A stretch of 64,000 nucleotides of DNA from Pelagomonas calceolata (GCA_918797485.1 CAKKNE010000005.1:4402001-4466000), one strand, 5' to 3'. Shown: positions 19,942 to 30,150, counted from the first letter of the stretch. Notes: generated by a model from the sequence alone, not told the origin. Program-made: numbers and translations.

Positions 19942-20463
19942 AGCTTATGGAGTTGACGACGCGTCGAGCTGATCACGGATGGCAGCTTATTTGATTCGGC
20001 CTGAAACGCGCCCCTAGCCCTGCGAGCTGCCGGATTTCGATTCGGAGCTGGGAGTGGGCCTCGAGGGAACTCGCGCGCAGTTTTTGGTCCGATTCGAGCG
20101 TCGTGGGGCTTATATCCAGCCAATTTTTGCTAAAATCGAGCGCGCCCGCGCGAACCGATTAAAACGGGTTTACGTCCGCAAAACTCCGCGAAATCGTGGA
20201 CAAACGCGGCTACTGAACGCGTAAGGCTTGCACAGGACGAGCGCTTCGAAAGGACGAGCGCTGCGCGCGAATCCCACGCGGCGCCAGCCGGCCTTAGAGC
20301 CAGAGCAGCCGAGAGCTGCCGAGGACGCATCCGAGGCCGAATCCGCGGAGCGAGCGCGGCCGCGGAGCGAGGCAGACAGAAAAGCGGAGCGGGAGCGCGG
20401 CCGCGGGGCGCCGCCGCGGAGTTGGCATACAACTAGAGCCGCGGCGCGCGACGCGAAAGACGG

Positions 20464-21081
20464 ATGGCCGACTTCTCGCAGCCGACGAACGCCGCCGACG
20501 AGGGCCAGCGCAACGCCGTCGTCTTGAAAGTGGGCATGGTCGGCGACGCGCGCGTCGGCAAGACGACGCTCATGGTCAAGTATGTGGAGAACAAGCTGGA
20601 TGAGGATTATATACAAACACTGGGCGTGAATTTCCTCGAGAAAACCGTGACGCTGCGGAACAACGACATCACCTTTAGTATCTGGGATCTAGGAGGGCAC
20701 CGCGAATTTCTATCAATGCTCCCTCTGGTGGTCAATGATGCGCGCGCGTTGCTGTTCATGTTCGACCTGTCGAGGAGAGATACACTAGCCTCAATAAAAG
20801 AATGGTACCGCCAGTGCCGCGGCTTGAATCGGACGGCCCACGCCATCTTGGTGGGCACGAAGTACGACATCTTCATCACACTGCCGCCGGAAGAGCGCGA
20901 GGCGATAGATAGAGATGCGCGGCGCTTCGCGCGGGCCATGAAGGCGCCCGTCGTCTTTACCTCCTCGACCGAGTCCATCAACGTGCTCAAGCTCTTCAAG
21001 GTCATCCTGGCGCGGTCGTTCGGTTTGAACTGCACGATCCCGCAGCTTACGGAGGTCGGCGAGCCGCTGCTGATCTTCTAG
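20464..21081 (+). CDS. SPG1: Spg1/Tem1-family septum-promoting small GTPase
   Basis: LKVGMVGDARVGKTTLMVKYV, DYIQTLGVNF, WDLGGHREFLSMLPLV and VGTKYD motifs. Confidence 0.92.
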   Translation: MADFSQPTNAADEGQRNAVVLKVGMVGDARVGKTTLMVKYVENKLDEDYIQTLGVNFLEKTVTLRNNDITFSIWDLGGHREFLSMLPLVVNDARALLFMFDLSRRDTLASIKEWYRQCRGLNRTAHAILVGTKYDIFITLPPEEREAIDRDARRFARAMKAPVVFTSSTESINVLKLFKVILARSFGLNCTIPQLTEVGEPLLIF

Positions 21082-21188
21082 CTCGAATTCGTACCCCCGG
21101 GTAATCCTGATTTTGTGACACCGGTTTGTTGCGGCAACGTCGTGTTGCGGCGACGACGTGCGGCGGCGTCGTGCCAAGCTGAGGCTAG

Positions 21189-21371
21189 TCGATGTTACGG
21201 TGCTAGGACTAGTGGGCGGAGCCCCTGGGGGGGAGACACCGCGCGTCGCCGATTCATCGGCGGCGGGCGCGGGCCGCTTCTTTCATAACAGCGTACCTCC
21301 TTCTAAGCTGAACCGCCTCGGCAAACCCCCCCGAACAATGTGCAACGTTCGCCCGTTCAATCAACTTGTCC
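21189..21371. mobile_element. Short dispersed element (183 bp) with 12-bp TSD
   Basis: Flanked by agctgaggctag at 21177-21188 and 21372-21383; its first 69 bp are the near-perfect reverse complement of 26576-26644. Confidence 0.75.
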
Positions 21372-21389
21372 AGCTGAGGCTAGCCAAAC

Positions 21390-21416
21390 GCTAGTGCCTT
21401 ACAGAGGCCTGCTAGC
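21390..21416 (+). promoter_or_regulatory. CTAG-bracketed upstream element
   Basis: gctagtgccttacagaggcctgctagc. Confidence 0.6.
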
Positions 21417-21563
21417 TCGATGTGCTCACTTTAGCACAGGTGGTTACGTGCCTTATGGTTGCATGCAAGTGTTGTAATTGATGCTAGACGTCGTCGCCTT
21501 GCAAAGCTGCCGCAGCTCACAGCACAGGAGCGCCGCTAGTGCAGTGCACAATCGAGAGCACTG

Positions 21564-22280
21564 ATGCGCAGACTGATGCGCTCATTACTCGTCGCGCGCT
21601 TAGCGCGCGCATTGTCGTCGCGTGCGGGCCCGCTGCAGTCGCACCTCAGCCTCGCGCACAGCCTCTGGCGCGCAACACTACGACAAGGAGACATCGCAGT
21701 GGACGCGACGGCCGGCGTCGGCCACGACGCGGCAATACTCGCGTCGCTCGTCGGGCCGCGCGGCACGCTCCATGCGCTGGACGTCGACGCGGCCGCGCTG
21801 GAGGCCTGCGCCCGGCGCGTCCGAGACGAGGCTGGCGAGGCCAATGCCGCCTGCCTCCGGACGAGCGCCCAGTCGCACGCCGCGCCGCCCCCGGGCCTGG
21901 CGCCGCGATCAGCGACGGTCGTCGCGTTTAACCTCGGCTTTCTCCCGACGCGCGCCCGGAGCGACGAGGCGCCGCCGACGACGGACGCGGAGACGACGGT
22001 CGAGGCGCTGGCCTCGTGGGCCCTCGGCAGTGTCAAGCCCGGCGGCCACGTGTCCGTGGCCATTTATCCCGGGCATCCGGCGGGCGCGCGGGAGGCCGTC
22101 GCGCTCCGCGCCTTCGCGGAGCGGCTCCCGTCGAGCGCGTGGCGCGCCACCTCTCATGCGCCCGTCAACCACGAGCCGAGCGCGCCTCTACTCCTCTCGC
22201 TCCACCGGCTCTACCGCGAGCCGCCCTTCAAATATGCAGAGGACGACTTCGCCGAGTCCATAAAGGCCAGTAATGTGTGA
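21564..22280 (+). CDS. YtqB/MnmM-like SAM-dependent RNA methyltransferase, organelle-targeted
   Basis: AHSLW...GDIAVDATAGVGHD, FNLGFLP and IYPGHPAGARE motifs. Confidence 0.85.
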   Translation: MRRLMRSLLVARLARALSSRAGPLQSHLSLAHSLWRATLRQGDIAVDATAGVGHDAAILASLVGPRGTLHALDVDAAALEACARRVRDEAGEANAACLRTSAQSHAAPPPGLAPRSATVVAFNLGFLPTRARSDEAPPTTDAETTVEALASWALGSVKPGGHVSVAIYPGHPAGAREAVALRAFAERLPSSAWRATSHAPVNHEPSAPLLLSLHRLYREPPFKYAEDDFAESIKASNV

Positions 22281-22299
22281 CAAAATAGCTTAGTAGACC

Positions 22300-23346
22300 T
22301 CAGTTCGCGTCGCCCGCGTCCGCCTCGGCCTTGACCGGCGGCTCGGCGGGCAGGGGCGTGCCGTGGGCGATGGGCTCCGTCGGCGCCGTCGAGCAGACGA
22401 TCTGGCCCGTCGCCGGGTCGAACCAGAAGCTGCTGTTGGGGTCCGCCCCCAGCGGCGGCCCCGGCGCGGCGGCCAGCTGCGCGAGGACGCGCATCTGGTA
22501 GGCCTGGGGGTCCGTCGCGTAGAGCCGCTGCTGCTCCTCGGGCGTCATCGGCGGCGGCGCCGGCGCGGCCGGCGCCGCCGCCGTCCAGGGCGCCGCCGCG
22601 GCCGCCGCCGCGTTCGGGTCGTTGGGCATGGCCGCGAAGGGCAGGTAGTTGTAGTACGGCTGCTGGGCCGCGCCGGGCTGCGGCGGCACCATGTAGGGGT
22701 AGGGGTAGCCGCCCTGGCCGTAGTACGGCTGCTGCGGCGGCCCCGGCAGCGCGACGCCCTGCGCTAATAGCGCGGACGGCACGCCGGCCTCGTCGGACGA
22801 CGGCTGCTCGTAGGCCGGCGTTTCGACCTTTCGCCGCTTCTGCTTCTTGCGCTCGGGCTTCGGGTACTGGGCCTCGGCCGGGGCGGCCCCTTCGCCCTTC
22901 GCGGCCTTCTCCAGCCGATTCAGGCGCAGAAAGTGCTTCTGCGCGTGCGAGCGGACCTGCGGCTCCGACCGCGTCCGCATGCACTGCGAGATCTTCGTCC
23001 AGCTCCTCCCATACTTCGTCATCAAGCTCAAAAACTGCGTGTGCTCCTCCTCGGTCCAGCGCCCGTGTCTCTGGTGGGGGTTGTTCGCGTCCTTGCCCTT
23101 CGGCTTCGGGCGAGGCGGCGCGGCGGCCGCGAGGGCCGCGTTGTACTGGGCGACCTGGTAGGACTGGTAGGCCCGGGCGTTCGCGTCTCCGGGCGTCTGT
23201 TGTGTGGATTGACTGGCGTGCTGCGCGTAGTGCTGTTGCAACGACGCGGCGTAGGCGACCGGGAGGCTCGCGTAGCCGGGCGCCGGCGCCGCGGCCGGCT
23301 TCTCGGTCTCTTCCTCTGTGTCCTTCTCGGCGGCCTTCTTGGCCAT
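22300..23346 (-). CDS. SHAQKYF-class single-repeat MYB transcription factor
   Basis: GRWTEEEHTQFL...YGRSWTKI...TRSEPQVRSHAQKHF. Confidence 0.93.
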   Translation of the reverse strand: MAKKAAEKDTEEETEKPAAAPAPGYASLPVAYAASLQQHYAQHASQSTQQTPGDANARAYQSYQVAQYNAALAAAAPPRPKPKGKDANNPHQRHGRWTEEEHTQFLSLMTKYGRSWTKISQCMRTRSEPQVRSHAQKHFLRLNRLEKAAKGEGAAPAEAQYPKPERKKQKRRKVETPAYEQPSSDEAGVPSALLAQGVALPGPPQQPYYGQGGYPYPYMVPPQPGAAQQPYYNYLPFAAMPNDPNAAAAAAAPWTAAAPAAPAPPPMTPEEQQRLYATDPQAYQMRVLAQLAAAPGPPLGADPNSSFWFDPATGQIVCSTAPTEPIAHGTPLPAEPPVKAEADAGDAN

Positions 23347-23858
23347 GGTTTGCGACTGCCTGGCCACCAAGCCGGCGCGGGGTCTGCCTGACCGCTTTGC
23401 TTTGCTATTCGGCTGTTGGGGCAGTTCCCTCCCGAACGCTGCAGCGGTGCCGCGGCCGGTGCTTCGATGGCTGCCCCCTATTTAATGGAGGGTCGCGGGC
23501 CTCGCTCGCGGGCGCGCGCACGCGCGGCCGGGTCGACGGAGCGCCGCCGCGAGCAACCACCACGGCTCGGCCTTGAGCCCGTACGCTCGTCGAGCGCACC
23601 CATGTGCCGCGGGGGCGATGCCGCAGGCTTGTCCGGGACGCTTCCGTCCGCGTGAGCTCTAAAAAACAAAACTCGTAAATTGCCAAGGTGGACGCCATCG
23701 TGCGTCAAATCGACTTTTCCCGTCGATAATTGCTCGTGTGGCCTTGCTCGTTGCAGATAATTGATACCACGCTGCATCGTGCGCGAATCGCATAGCTGTT
23801 TGCAATCGAGCACGAGTGGCAGAGCCTCGACACTGTGTAGAGTGGCAGACGCACTGCT

Positions 23859-23995
23859 GCAACGCCGTCGCATCGCTACAGCAACCTCAGCTGAGCAAAC
23901 GGACGCTGTTGCGCAACGCCGTCGCACAATCGCTACAGCAGTAACGCCTTCAAGCGCTACAGCAGCAACGCATTCGCACAATCGCTACGGCAACG
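23859..23995. repeat. Degenerate tandem repeats immediately upstream of an ATG
   Basis: 3-4 copies of gcaacgccgtcgca(caa)tcgctacagca. Confidence 0.7.
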
Positions 23996-24997
23996 ATGCC
24001 GCGCCTCCTCGCCATCCTAGCAACGACGCACGCGTTAATAGCGCCGCCGAGCCAGCGACACGGCACGGCCCAACGAGCTATAAAAATAGTCGACCACGTC
24101 AATATGAATCACGAAAAGGGCCGCCACGACCTCCTGAAGGCCTTTTACTTCGATTTACTGGGTTTTGCGGTCGACCCGCGAAAGATGGAGAACCTCGACA
24201 AGGGCAAGAAGACGCTCTGGGCCAACGCCGGCATCGCGCAGCTGCACCTGCCCGAGGGTAAACCGGAAGCGCAGCCGTTGGATGGGCGGCTGACGCTCGC
24301 GTACGCGGACCTAGATCGCTTCGACGAGGCACGGTTAAATGCCGCGCACGAGGCTCTGGAAGGGACGAAGTTCCAGATGCGCGCGAACGCGGATGGGTTC
24401 GACGTGAGTTGCCCCTGGGGCACGCCCATGACGATCAAAATTGACGGAGAGGCCGCGGACCCGCGCGGCGTCCAGGACGGCGAGGCCTCGGCGCCGCTGC
24501 ACATGACGGACATCGCGCTGCACGTGTCGCGCGGCGCGGACCTCGCGGGCGTGCAGCGCTTCTACACTAGCGTCATGGGCGTGCCCGAGGGCGACTGCAC
24601 ATTGGTCGCGGACCAGCTCCTGCAACTGAAGATCGGCCCGGCCCAGACGCTGAGCTTCGTCGCGAAGCCTTTCGGGAAGGCGAACCACGCCGAATTGGGT
24701 GAGGACGAGGAAGGCCGCCCGACGAACGGCGGCGTCCACATCTCCATGTATGTTGATGATTTGGGAGCGGTCTACGACCGGGCCGACGCGCTCGACCTTG
24801 CCTACGTGAACTACCGATTTAAAAGAAGGGCGCACACCAAGGACGAGGCCCTGGACCAGTGCATGTTCCGCGTGCTGGACGTGATCGACCCCGATGCGCC
24901 GGAGAACGGTGCGATAGTACAGGTGGAGCACGAAATTCGGTCCTGCGTCAAGCCGGACGGGTCGAAGTACAAGTCCTGCCCGCTGCGGGAGGTATAG
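23996..24997 (+). CDS. Glyoxalase/VOC-superfamily protein, probably plastid-targeted
   Basis: DHVNMNH...FYFDLLGF, QLHLP, RFYTSVMG and GVHISMYV repeats of the VOC fold; signal peptide. Confidence 0.8.
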   Translation: MPRLLAILATTHALIAPPSQRHGTAQRAIKIVDHVNMNHEKGRHDLLKAFYFDLLGFAVDPRKMENLDKGKKTLWANAGIAQLHLPEGKPEAQPLDGRLTLAYADLDRFDEARLNAAHEALEGTKFQMRANADGFDVSCPWGTPMTIKIDGEAADPRGVQDGEASAPLHMTDIALHVSRGADLAGVQRFYTSVMGVPEGDCTLVADQLLQLKIGPAQTLSFVAKPFGKANHAELGEDEEGRPTNGGVHISMYVDDLGAVYDRADALDLAYVNYRFKRRAHTKDEALDQCMFRVLDVIDPDAPENGAIVQVEHEIRSCVKPDGSKYKSCPLREV

Positions 24998-25006
24998 GTT
25001 AATTCA

Positions 25007-25549
25007 TTACACAGCTGTATACTTCGGGTCCTCTCGGTCGTGGCCTAGGCAAAACTCGCGGAAGCGAGCCATGTCCGCGGCGTAGTCGCCTCCGCTAATG
25101 ATGTTCGGGTAGACGTCGCTTTTGTATTTCACGCGGCCGTAGACAATGACAAACGCGTCCAGGACCAGGCTCCAGCTCTCGACGTAGCTGAAACAAACGG
25201 CAGCGGCGCCGCACCAGAGCGGAATGTGGAGAATCGCGGCGTCCTTCGCCAGCGGCCAGAACGCGATGATCGTGCCCAGCCACAGCGAGTGCGCTAATAG
25301 TATAATCTCGAGCTCGATCGTCGACACCTCATTGATAATCAGCGCGTTCAGCACGACGAAGAGGACCAGCAATGCACCGACGCCATGCAGCATCTCGCCG
25401 CTGTGCAGGACGAGCCAGGCGACGCGGTTGCTCGAGAGGTGCTCGAGCTGCTTCGTGTTCGCGCACGCCAGGTAATGATGTAATGCAAACGGTCCAAAAA
25501 TCACGCATTCGACGACGAAGAAGCACTTGATGAGGGCCGGGATGCCCAT
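25007..25549 (-). CDS. Hypothetical multi-pass membrane protein
   Basis: ATG at 25549; four or five hydrophobic segments. Confidence 0.6.
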   Translation of the reverse strand: MGIPALIKCFFVVECVIFGPFALHHYLACANTKQLEHLSSNRVAWLVLHSGEMLHGVGALLVLFVVLNALIINEVSTIELEIILLAHSLWLGTIIAFWPLAKDAAILHIPLWCGAAAVCFSYVESWSLVLDAFVIVYGRVKYKSDVYPNIISGGDYAADMARFREFCLGHDREDPKYTAV

Positions 25550-26152
25550 GCCTCCAGTTTGAATTGCTCTGCCGACTGGCTGCTGCAGCGCCTCGATAGA
25601 TGGGGCAGCCCCTGGCGTTGCGCAGCGTGATAGGTGGGACCCCGCGAGCCAACGCAATGTAATGGGTCCCAAAGGTGTTCGAAACGATGCCTTGCTGCTC
25701 TCTCGCGTGGAGGAGCTGGGCTTTAAAGCAGGGATTTGGTGCTGGCAGGAGCTGTGCCCCGCACGATGCCTGGCTGGCATTACAGCGGCCTGCAGGCATC
25801 CGAGTTTCTTATAAGATGTTGTAATGTCAATTAGACCGCTCGCAGCTAGCGTGAGTGGACATACTAGAGACATCAACGAGGTGTGTCCTGACTGTGACCT
25901 GTCCGGCTTAATCCGCACTTGTGCAGCGTCTGGAGCTGGGAGGCGCCGTCCGACGATAAATATAGTCGCCGCAACGCCGCGCTGTGACTTTTCGCTTCCC
26001 GCTCATGTCTATCACTCTCTCTGCAGCGAGGCTGAAACTCCTCCGTGCGCGAGCGCAGGAGAGAGCGACGCGTCATTGCGTAGACGTCGTAGACGTCGCC
26101 CGGCATGAGTGGACCACGCACCGCCCGCGCAGGCTCCAAAAAGACCAAAAAA

Positions 26153-26476
26153 ATGGCCCGCGCGTTCCTCCTCGCCGCCGCGACGCTGGCCTGCGCCGCC
26201 GCGCTCGCCCCCCCGAAGACGCACGTCGCGCCGGTCTCCGCCGGCCCCGTGCCCGCGGCGATCGCCGCCGCCGTGCCGGCCGTCGCCGCGCAGCCCGCCT
26301 CGGCGGCCATCCTCGGCATCAAGGCCCCGCTCCTGGGCCAGGCCGGCGTCGTCTTCGCGCCCGTGCTCCTCGTCGCGGTCCCGATCGTGCTCATCGTGAT
26401 CGGCAACGGCGCGATCCAGCAGGTAAAACGCGTCCTCTCCGGCGAGGGCCAGAAGTACTCGCAGAACGAGAACTAG
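26153..26476 (+). CDS. Small thylakoid-targeted single-TM protein, PsbY-like
   Basis: Signal peptide, transit region and AQPASA cleavage-like site; mature part FAPVLLVAVPIVLIVIGNGAIQQVKR. Confidence 0.55.
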   Translation: MARAFLLAAATLACAAALAPPKTHVAPVSAGPVPAAIAAAVPAVAAQPASAAILGIKAPLLGQAGVVFAPVLLVAVPIVLIVIGNGAIQQVKRVLSGEGQKYSQNEN

Positions 26477-26574
26477 GCTGTGTAACTTCCGTCGAATTAG
26501 CATCTCCCGGGTTTGACTCGGAGGTCCTCCACGTGGTCCTCCTAGTACTACTAGTACTAATAGTCCCACTGGGC

Positions 26575-26647
26575 AATGAATCGGCGATGCGCGGTGTCTC
26601 CCCCCCAGGGGCTCCGCCCACTAGTCCTAGCACCGTAACATCGATAA
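26575..26647. mobile_element. Truncated copy (73 bp) of the 21189 element with 10-bp TSD
   Basis: Flanked by cccactgggc at 26565-26574 and 26648-26657. Confidence 0.75.
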
Positions 26648-26726
26648 CCCACTGGGCCAGGAGTGCCGAATAACATACCCCGTCGACCGTGACGGGATAT
26701 GAGTGAAAATCAACACACCAGTAAAC

Positions 26727-29000
26727 TTAAGCGGGGAACGCGAACCCCACGCTCCGCTTGTCGCTCTTCGCCCGCCGCCGCCGCGCGGGCGACCCCGCGC
26801 CAGATGCCTCGTCCTCGTCCTCGGTGGAGCTCTCCGCCGGCGGCGGCACGGGGAGCTCCGGGGCGTCGTCGCTCGCGGCGTCGAGCGCCGCGGGCACGTG
26901 AAGCGCCTCCTCTAGGTCTCGCAGCGCGTGCTGGCGCGCGAGCGCCTTATATCTCCGCGGCCGGTCCCGGTGCAGACGAAACAACTCCGCCGCGAGGCGG
27001 TCCGCCTGGCGTTTCACTCTCAAGTCGTTGCCCAGCGGCTGCGTGCCCCGCGCGCCCGCCTCGTCGTCAATACCGCCGTCGCCGTCCTCGTCGCCGTCCC
27101 TAGCTAACGCGTTCTCGGGCCGCGCCGCGGCCGGAACCAAATCAGGCTCCGGCTCCCTCAGGAGCTGGACGATGCGATCCAGGAGCCACTTGACGTCGCA
27201 CATACCACTCCACGTGTTTAGTAATTGCGACACGAAGGTCTCGCCGGAAGGCGCGACGTCGAAATTTAGGTGTATGACCCGGCGTGTAAAGGCGACGCGC
27301 GGCGGCGACACGGGGTAGCAGTGGTCGCCCGAAATCCTCAGTCTTAGTAAGCGGCCCTCGTACGGCGTCCCAACCAGCACTTCACCTAAAAACGTCGCCT
27401 CCAGGGAGGGAAAGGGCTTCGTCGCGTGCAGCGTCAAGTCCGAGACTCCATGAGGCAGGTTCTTGTACCCCAGCTTCCGCCCATGTTGATCCGTCGCCTC
27501 CCGCACCAATTCATCCACCTGCTTCTTGATCTTCTCCAGCCCCAACGACCCCTTGAAGGCACCTTGTAGTACCGACGTCCCGACATTAAACTGTCCATCT
27601 TCACATTTGCCCATGAGCTGGCAGAACTCCCCAAAATCGATCTCGAAGTTCCTATTCTTGTCGACCTGGCCCAGTACACTTTTGAACTCGTCGTCCGTCA
27701 AATCATGGCCCAAGTTGCGCATGGCTGTCGAGAACTCGTCGAGGTCGAGTAATCCATCACCACTCGTATCAAACTGACCGAAGGCTACGGTCAATGAGGC
27801 GACTGTTTCATCATCCAGATCCAATTGCGAGCGCAATTTATCGGAGAGGACATACTTCGTGACCCGTTTTTTCACTATTTTGTCGCCCACCCGTAGATCA
27901 TCTAACATCCCACAGAACTCGTCGAAGTCCAAAAAGCCGCCGCCATCGGCGTCGTATCTCTGGAAAACTTCTTCGACTTCCTCGAGAGGCATCGGTAAAC
28001 CATGAGACTCCAAGCATTCGGTCGTACCGGGTAGCGTGACACCAGCTTGGTTGTGGCCGACTAACCCTTTCCAGACGGCGTACATCTGTCGGAGTTCCGG
28101 TGTGAGCGCGTTGACTTGCTGTGGGGAGAGAGCGGCAGAGCAAACATTGCAGGCGGGATTATCACAACAAGCAGGCAAAGGGATGAACCGTCGACCGACG
28201 TCGCCGAAGGGTCTCTTGGACGTCCTTAACTGCTTGATCCGTTCGCGCGCGATCCACTCGCACACTTTTGGATACGTACAATGTTTCATGGAAGTACAAC
28301 CCAAATCCTCGCGGCAATACCTAGCTTTCGCCGACGCCACGATCGGGTTCTCGAAGGCGCACTCCATCAAAGTAGTCACATGTTTACGTTCACAGATGCC
28401 CCTTTTTAACTCAGAACCGGCCTCCCTTAACTTTTGGAGCGTCGGCGCGTCGATGGCCGCGGCCGTATGGGCTGGTAAGTACAAGGGGTCGTTGTGCGCC
28501 ATGCCGACGCAACCGACTTGCGCCGCCCGGCGTTGCACGGCGACCTTGTGGCTCCGGAAGAGCGGGCGGACATCGACAGTGCCTTCTTCCTTGTTTGAAC
28601 GGGGAGGAAAGTTATTCTGGTGGTACGCGTCCCATACTGGCGTCCGTTCTGCGGGCCGTCTCACCACGGCCGTCGTCGGCGCCCAGTCCTTCAGCGCGAC
28701 GGCGGCCGGCTTCACATGGGAAGGCTCGTACGCGTCGAAGGAGGCCCGTTTTCGGTCATTTATTATAGTCCCTCGAGACCGCTCGGCCTTCGTCGGGCTC
28801 GTCGGCGGGCTCAGGGGCGCGACCTTGCGGCGGCTGACCTGGCGCGGCAGTTTGCGCTCCGTCGGGAGCGGTGTCGGCTCGGGGCTCCGCGGCGTCGGCT
28901 CCGGCGACGGGACGGGCGACGGGATGTAGACGGCGCGCTGCGGCGGGCCGCCGTCGAGCGTGCGGGCGATGCGGTTCCCGCTGGCGTCGACGGCGGGCAT
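26727..29000 (-). CDS. EF-hand plus UBC/E2-like domain protein
   Basis: DADGGGFLDFDEF, DTSGDGLLDLDEF and DKNRNFEIDFGEF EF-hands; GTPYEG...YPVSPPRVAFTRRVIHLN UBC-like fold. Confidence 0.85.
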   Translation of the reverse strand: MPAVDASGNRIARTLDGGPPQRAVYIPSPVPSPEPTPRSPEPTPLPTERKLPRQVSRRKVAPLSPPTSPTKAERSRGTIINDRKRASFDAYEPSHVKPAAVALKDWAPTTAVVRRPAERTPVWDAYHQNNFPPRSNKEEGTVDVRPLFRSHKVAVQRRAAQVGCVGMAHNDPLYLPAHTAAAIDAPTLQKLREAGSELKRGICERKHVTTLMECAFENPIVASAKARYCREDLGCTSMKHCTYPKVCEWIARERIKQLRTSKRPFGDVGRRFIPLPACCDNPACNVCSAALSPQQVNALTPELRQMYAVWKGLVGHNQAGVTLPGTTECLESHGLPMPLEEVEEVFQRYDADGGGFLDFDEFCGMLDDLRVGDKIVKKRVTKYVLSDKLRSQLDLDDETVASLTVAFGQFDTSGDGLLDLDEFSTAMRNLGHDLTDDEFKSVLGQVDKNRNFEIDFGEFCQLMGKCEDGQFNVGTSVLQGAFKGSLGLEKIKKQVDELVREATDQHGRKLGYKNLPHGVSDLTLHATKPFPSLEATFLGEVLVGTPYEGRLLRLRISGDHCYPVSPPRVAFTRRVIHLNFDVAPSGETFVSQLLNTWSGMCDVKWLLDRIVQLLREPEPDLVPAAARPENALARDGDEDGDGGIDDEAGARGTQPLGNDLRVKRQADRLAAELFRLHRDRPRRYKALARQHALRDLEEALHVPAALDAASDDAPELPVPPPAESSTEDEDEASGAGSPARRRRAKSDKRSVGFAFPA

Positions 29001-29220
29001 GGTTCCAGGACCGAAGCGTCGGCGTCCAACGTGTTAGGGTCGCGTTCGACGTGCTAGGGCGCACCCTCACTAGTAAGCCAGGCAGAGATTCCACCGACCC
29101 GTCGACGGCGTCGAGGGCTCCGGCGTCGGCCCCGTCAGCTGAGGGAGCAGCCCTCACCCGTTCGGACGCTCTGAGGCTGCCCCGGCGCCTGGCTGCCCGG
29201 AGCTTGACAACGCCGTGTTT

Positions 29221-29244
29221 GCTAGTGCCTTACATGCCGCTAGC
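29221..29244 (+). promoter_or_regulatory. CTAG-bracketed upstream element
   Basis: gctagtgccttacatgccgctagc between divergent genes. Confidence 0.7.
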
Positions 29245-29395
29245 TAATCTTGCCCATCACGGCCGCAACTGGCTCTCTTGCAGGCGTTAGGATTTGGTAA
29301 TCGCTGCAGAGCATCTTCGGCAACCCCCCGAGCATGCGCTTCATCGGTGTGGCATTATCATAGCAGCTGGCCGACACTGCACGCTGCACACTGCT

Positions 29396-30148
29396 ATGGC
29401 AGACAGCGACCTGCCCCCATCCCGCATCAGTGCCGCGGATGCTCAGGCGACTCCCGTGGTGCGGCTGCCAGCATTTCTCAGTTCGGAAGAGATCGTAGAG
29501 ATCGATGCGTTTCACGCGGCTCAATCACACGCGTGCGGACGCCTCGCCAAAGCTAGTTGCGCGGTCACGGGAGCCGCGCTCTGGACCACAACATACCTTT
29601 CCACTGATCGACGATTCAACGCGCGGTTCCCGGGGCTACTCGCCCGCATGCTCGCTGCGGCGCGGGCAGCGGACAGAGCGCATTTCGGAGATTATGCGTC
29701 GCGAGTGGATGTCGTACCACGAGTTGTAGAATACCACACAGTCACGCCCGGTGGCGCGCTAAAACATGAGCAGCACTACGATAGCGGTAGCATATACACG
29801 TTTGACGTCATGCTCGCGCGGCCCGGCGACGACTTCGACGGAGGCGAGTTCGTGGCCCCCGACGCCGGCGACGAGGAGCCCTTTTTTGTTAATTCTGGCG
29901 ACGCGATTGTGTTTTGTTCACACCGCCACCACAGCGTGCGCCCCGTCACGCGCGGCACGCGGCGCGTCCTCGTCGTCGAGTTCTGGGAGGGCGAGGAGCG
30001 CGCCTGTGGCCATAGATGCGAACGCGCAAGCGGCCCCTGCCGCGTGCGACCGCTCCGCGCGATGGTCGAGGAGAGCCTCGGGGAGATGTCCGAGGACGAC
30101 CGCGCCGCCGCCGAGCGATTCCTCCGCGGCAGGACTGTGTTGTCTTAG
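29396..30148 (+). CDS. 2OG-Fe(II) oxygenase (PKHD/P4H-like)
   Basis: HYD...FDGGEF...GDAIVF..HRHHSVRPVTRGTRRVLV. Confidence 0.85.
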   Translation: MADSDLPPSRISAADAQATPVVRLPAFLSSEEIVEIDAFHAAQSHACGRLAKASCAVTGAALWTTTYLSTDRRFNARFPGLLARMLAAARAADRAHFGDYASRVDVVPRVVEYHTVTPGGALKHEQHYDSGSIYTFDVMLARPGDDFDGGEFVAPDAGDEEPFFVNSGDAIVFCSHRHHSVRPVTRGTRRVLVVEFWEGEERACGHRCERASGPCRVRPLRAMVEESLGEMSEDDRAAAERFLRGRTVLS

Positions 30149-30150
30149 TA

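Noticed and set aside
23859..23995. Possible CRISPR-like repeat-spacer array
   Set aside because: Repeats are degenerate and irregularly spaced, with no unique spacers of constant length and no cas genes; the context is eukaryotic.
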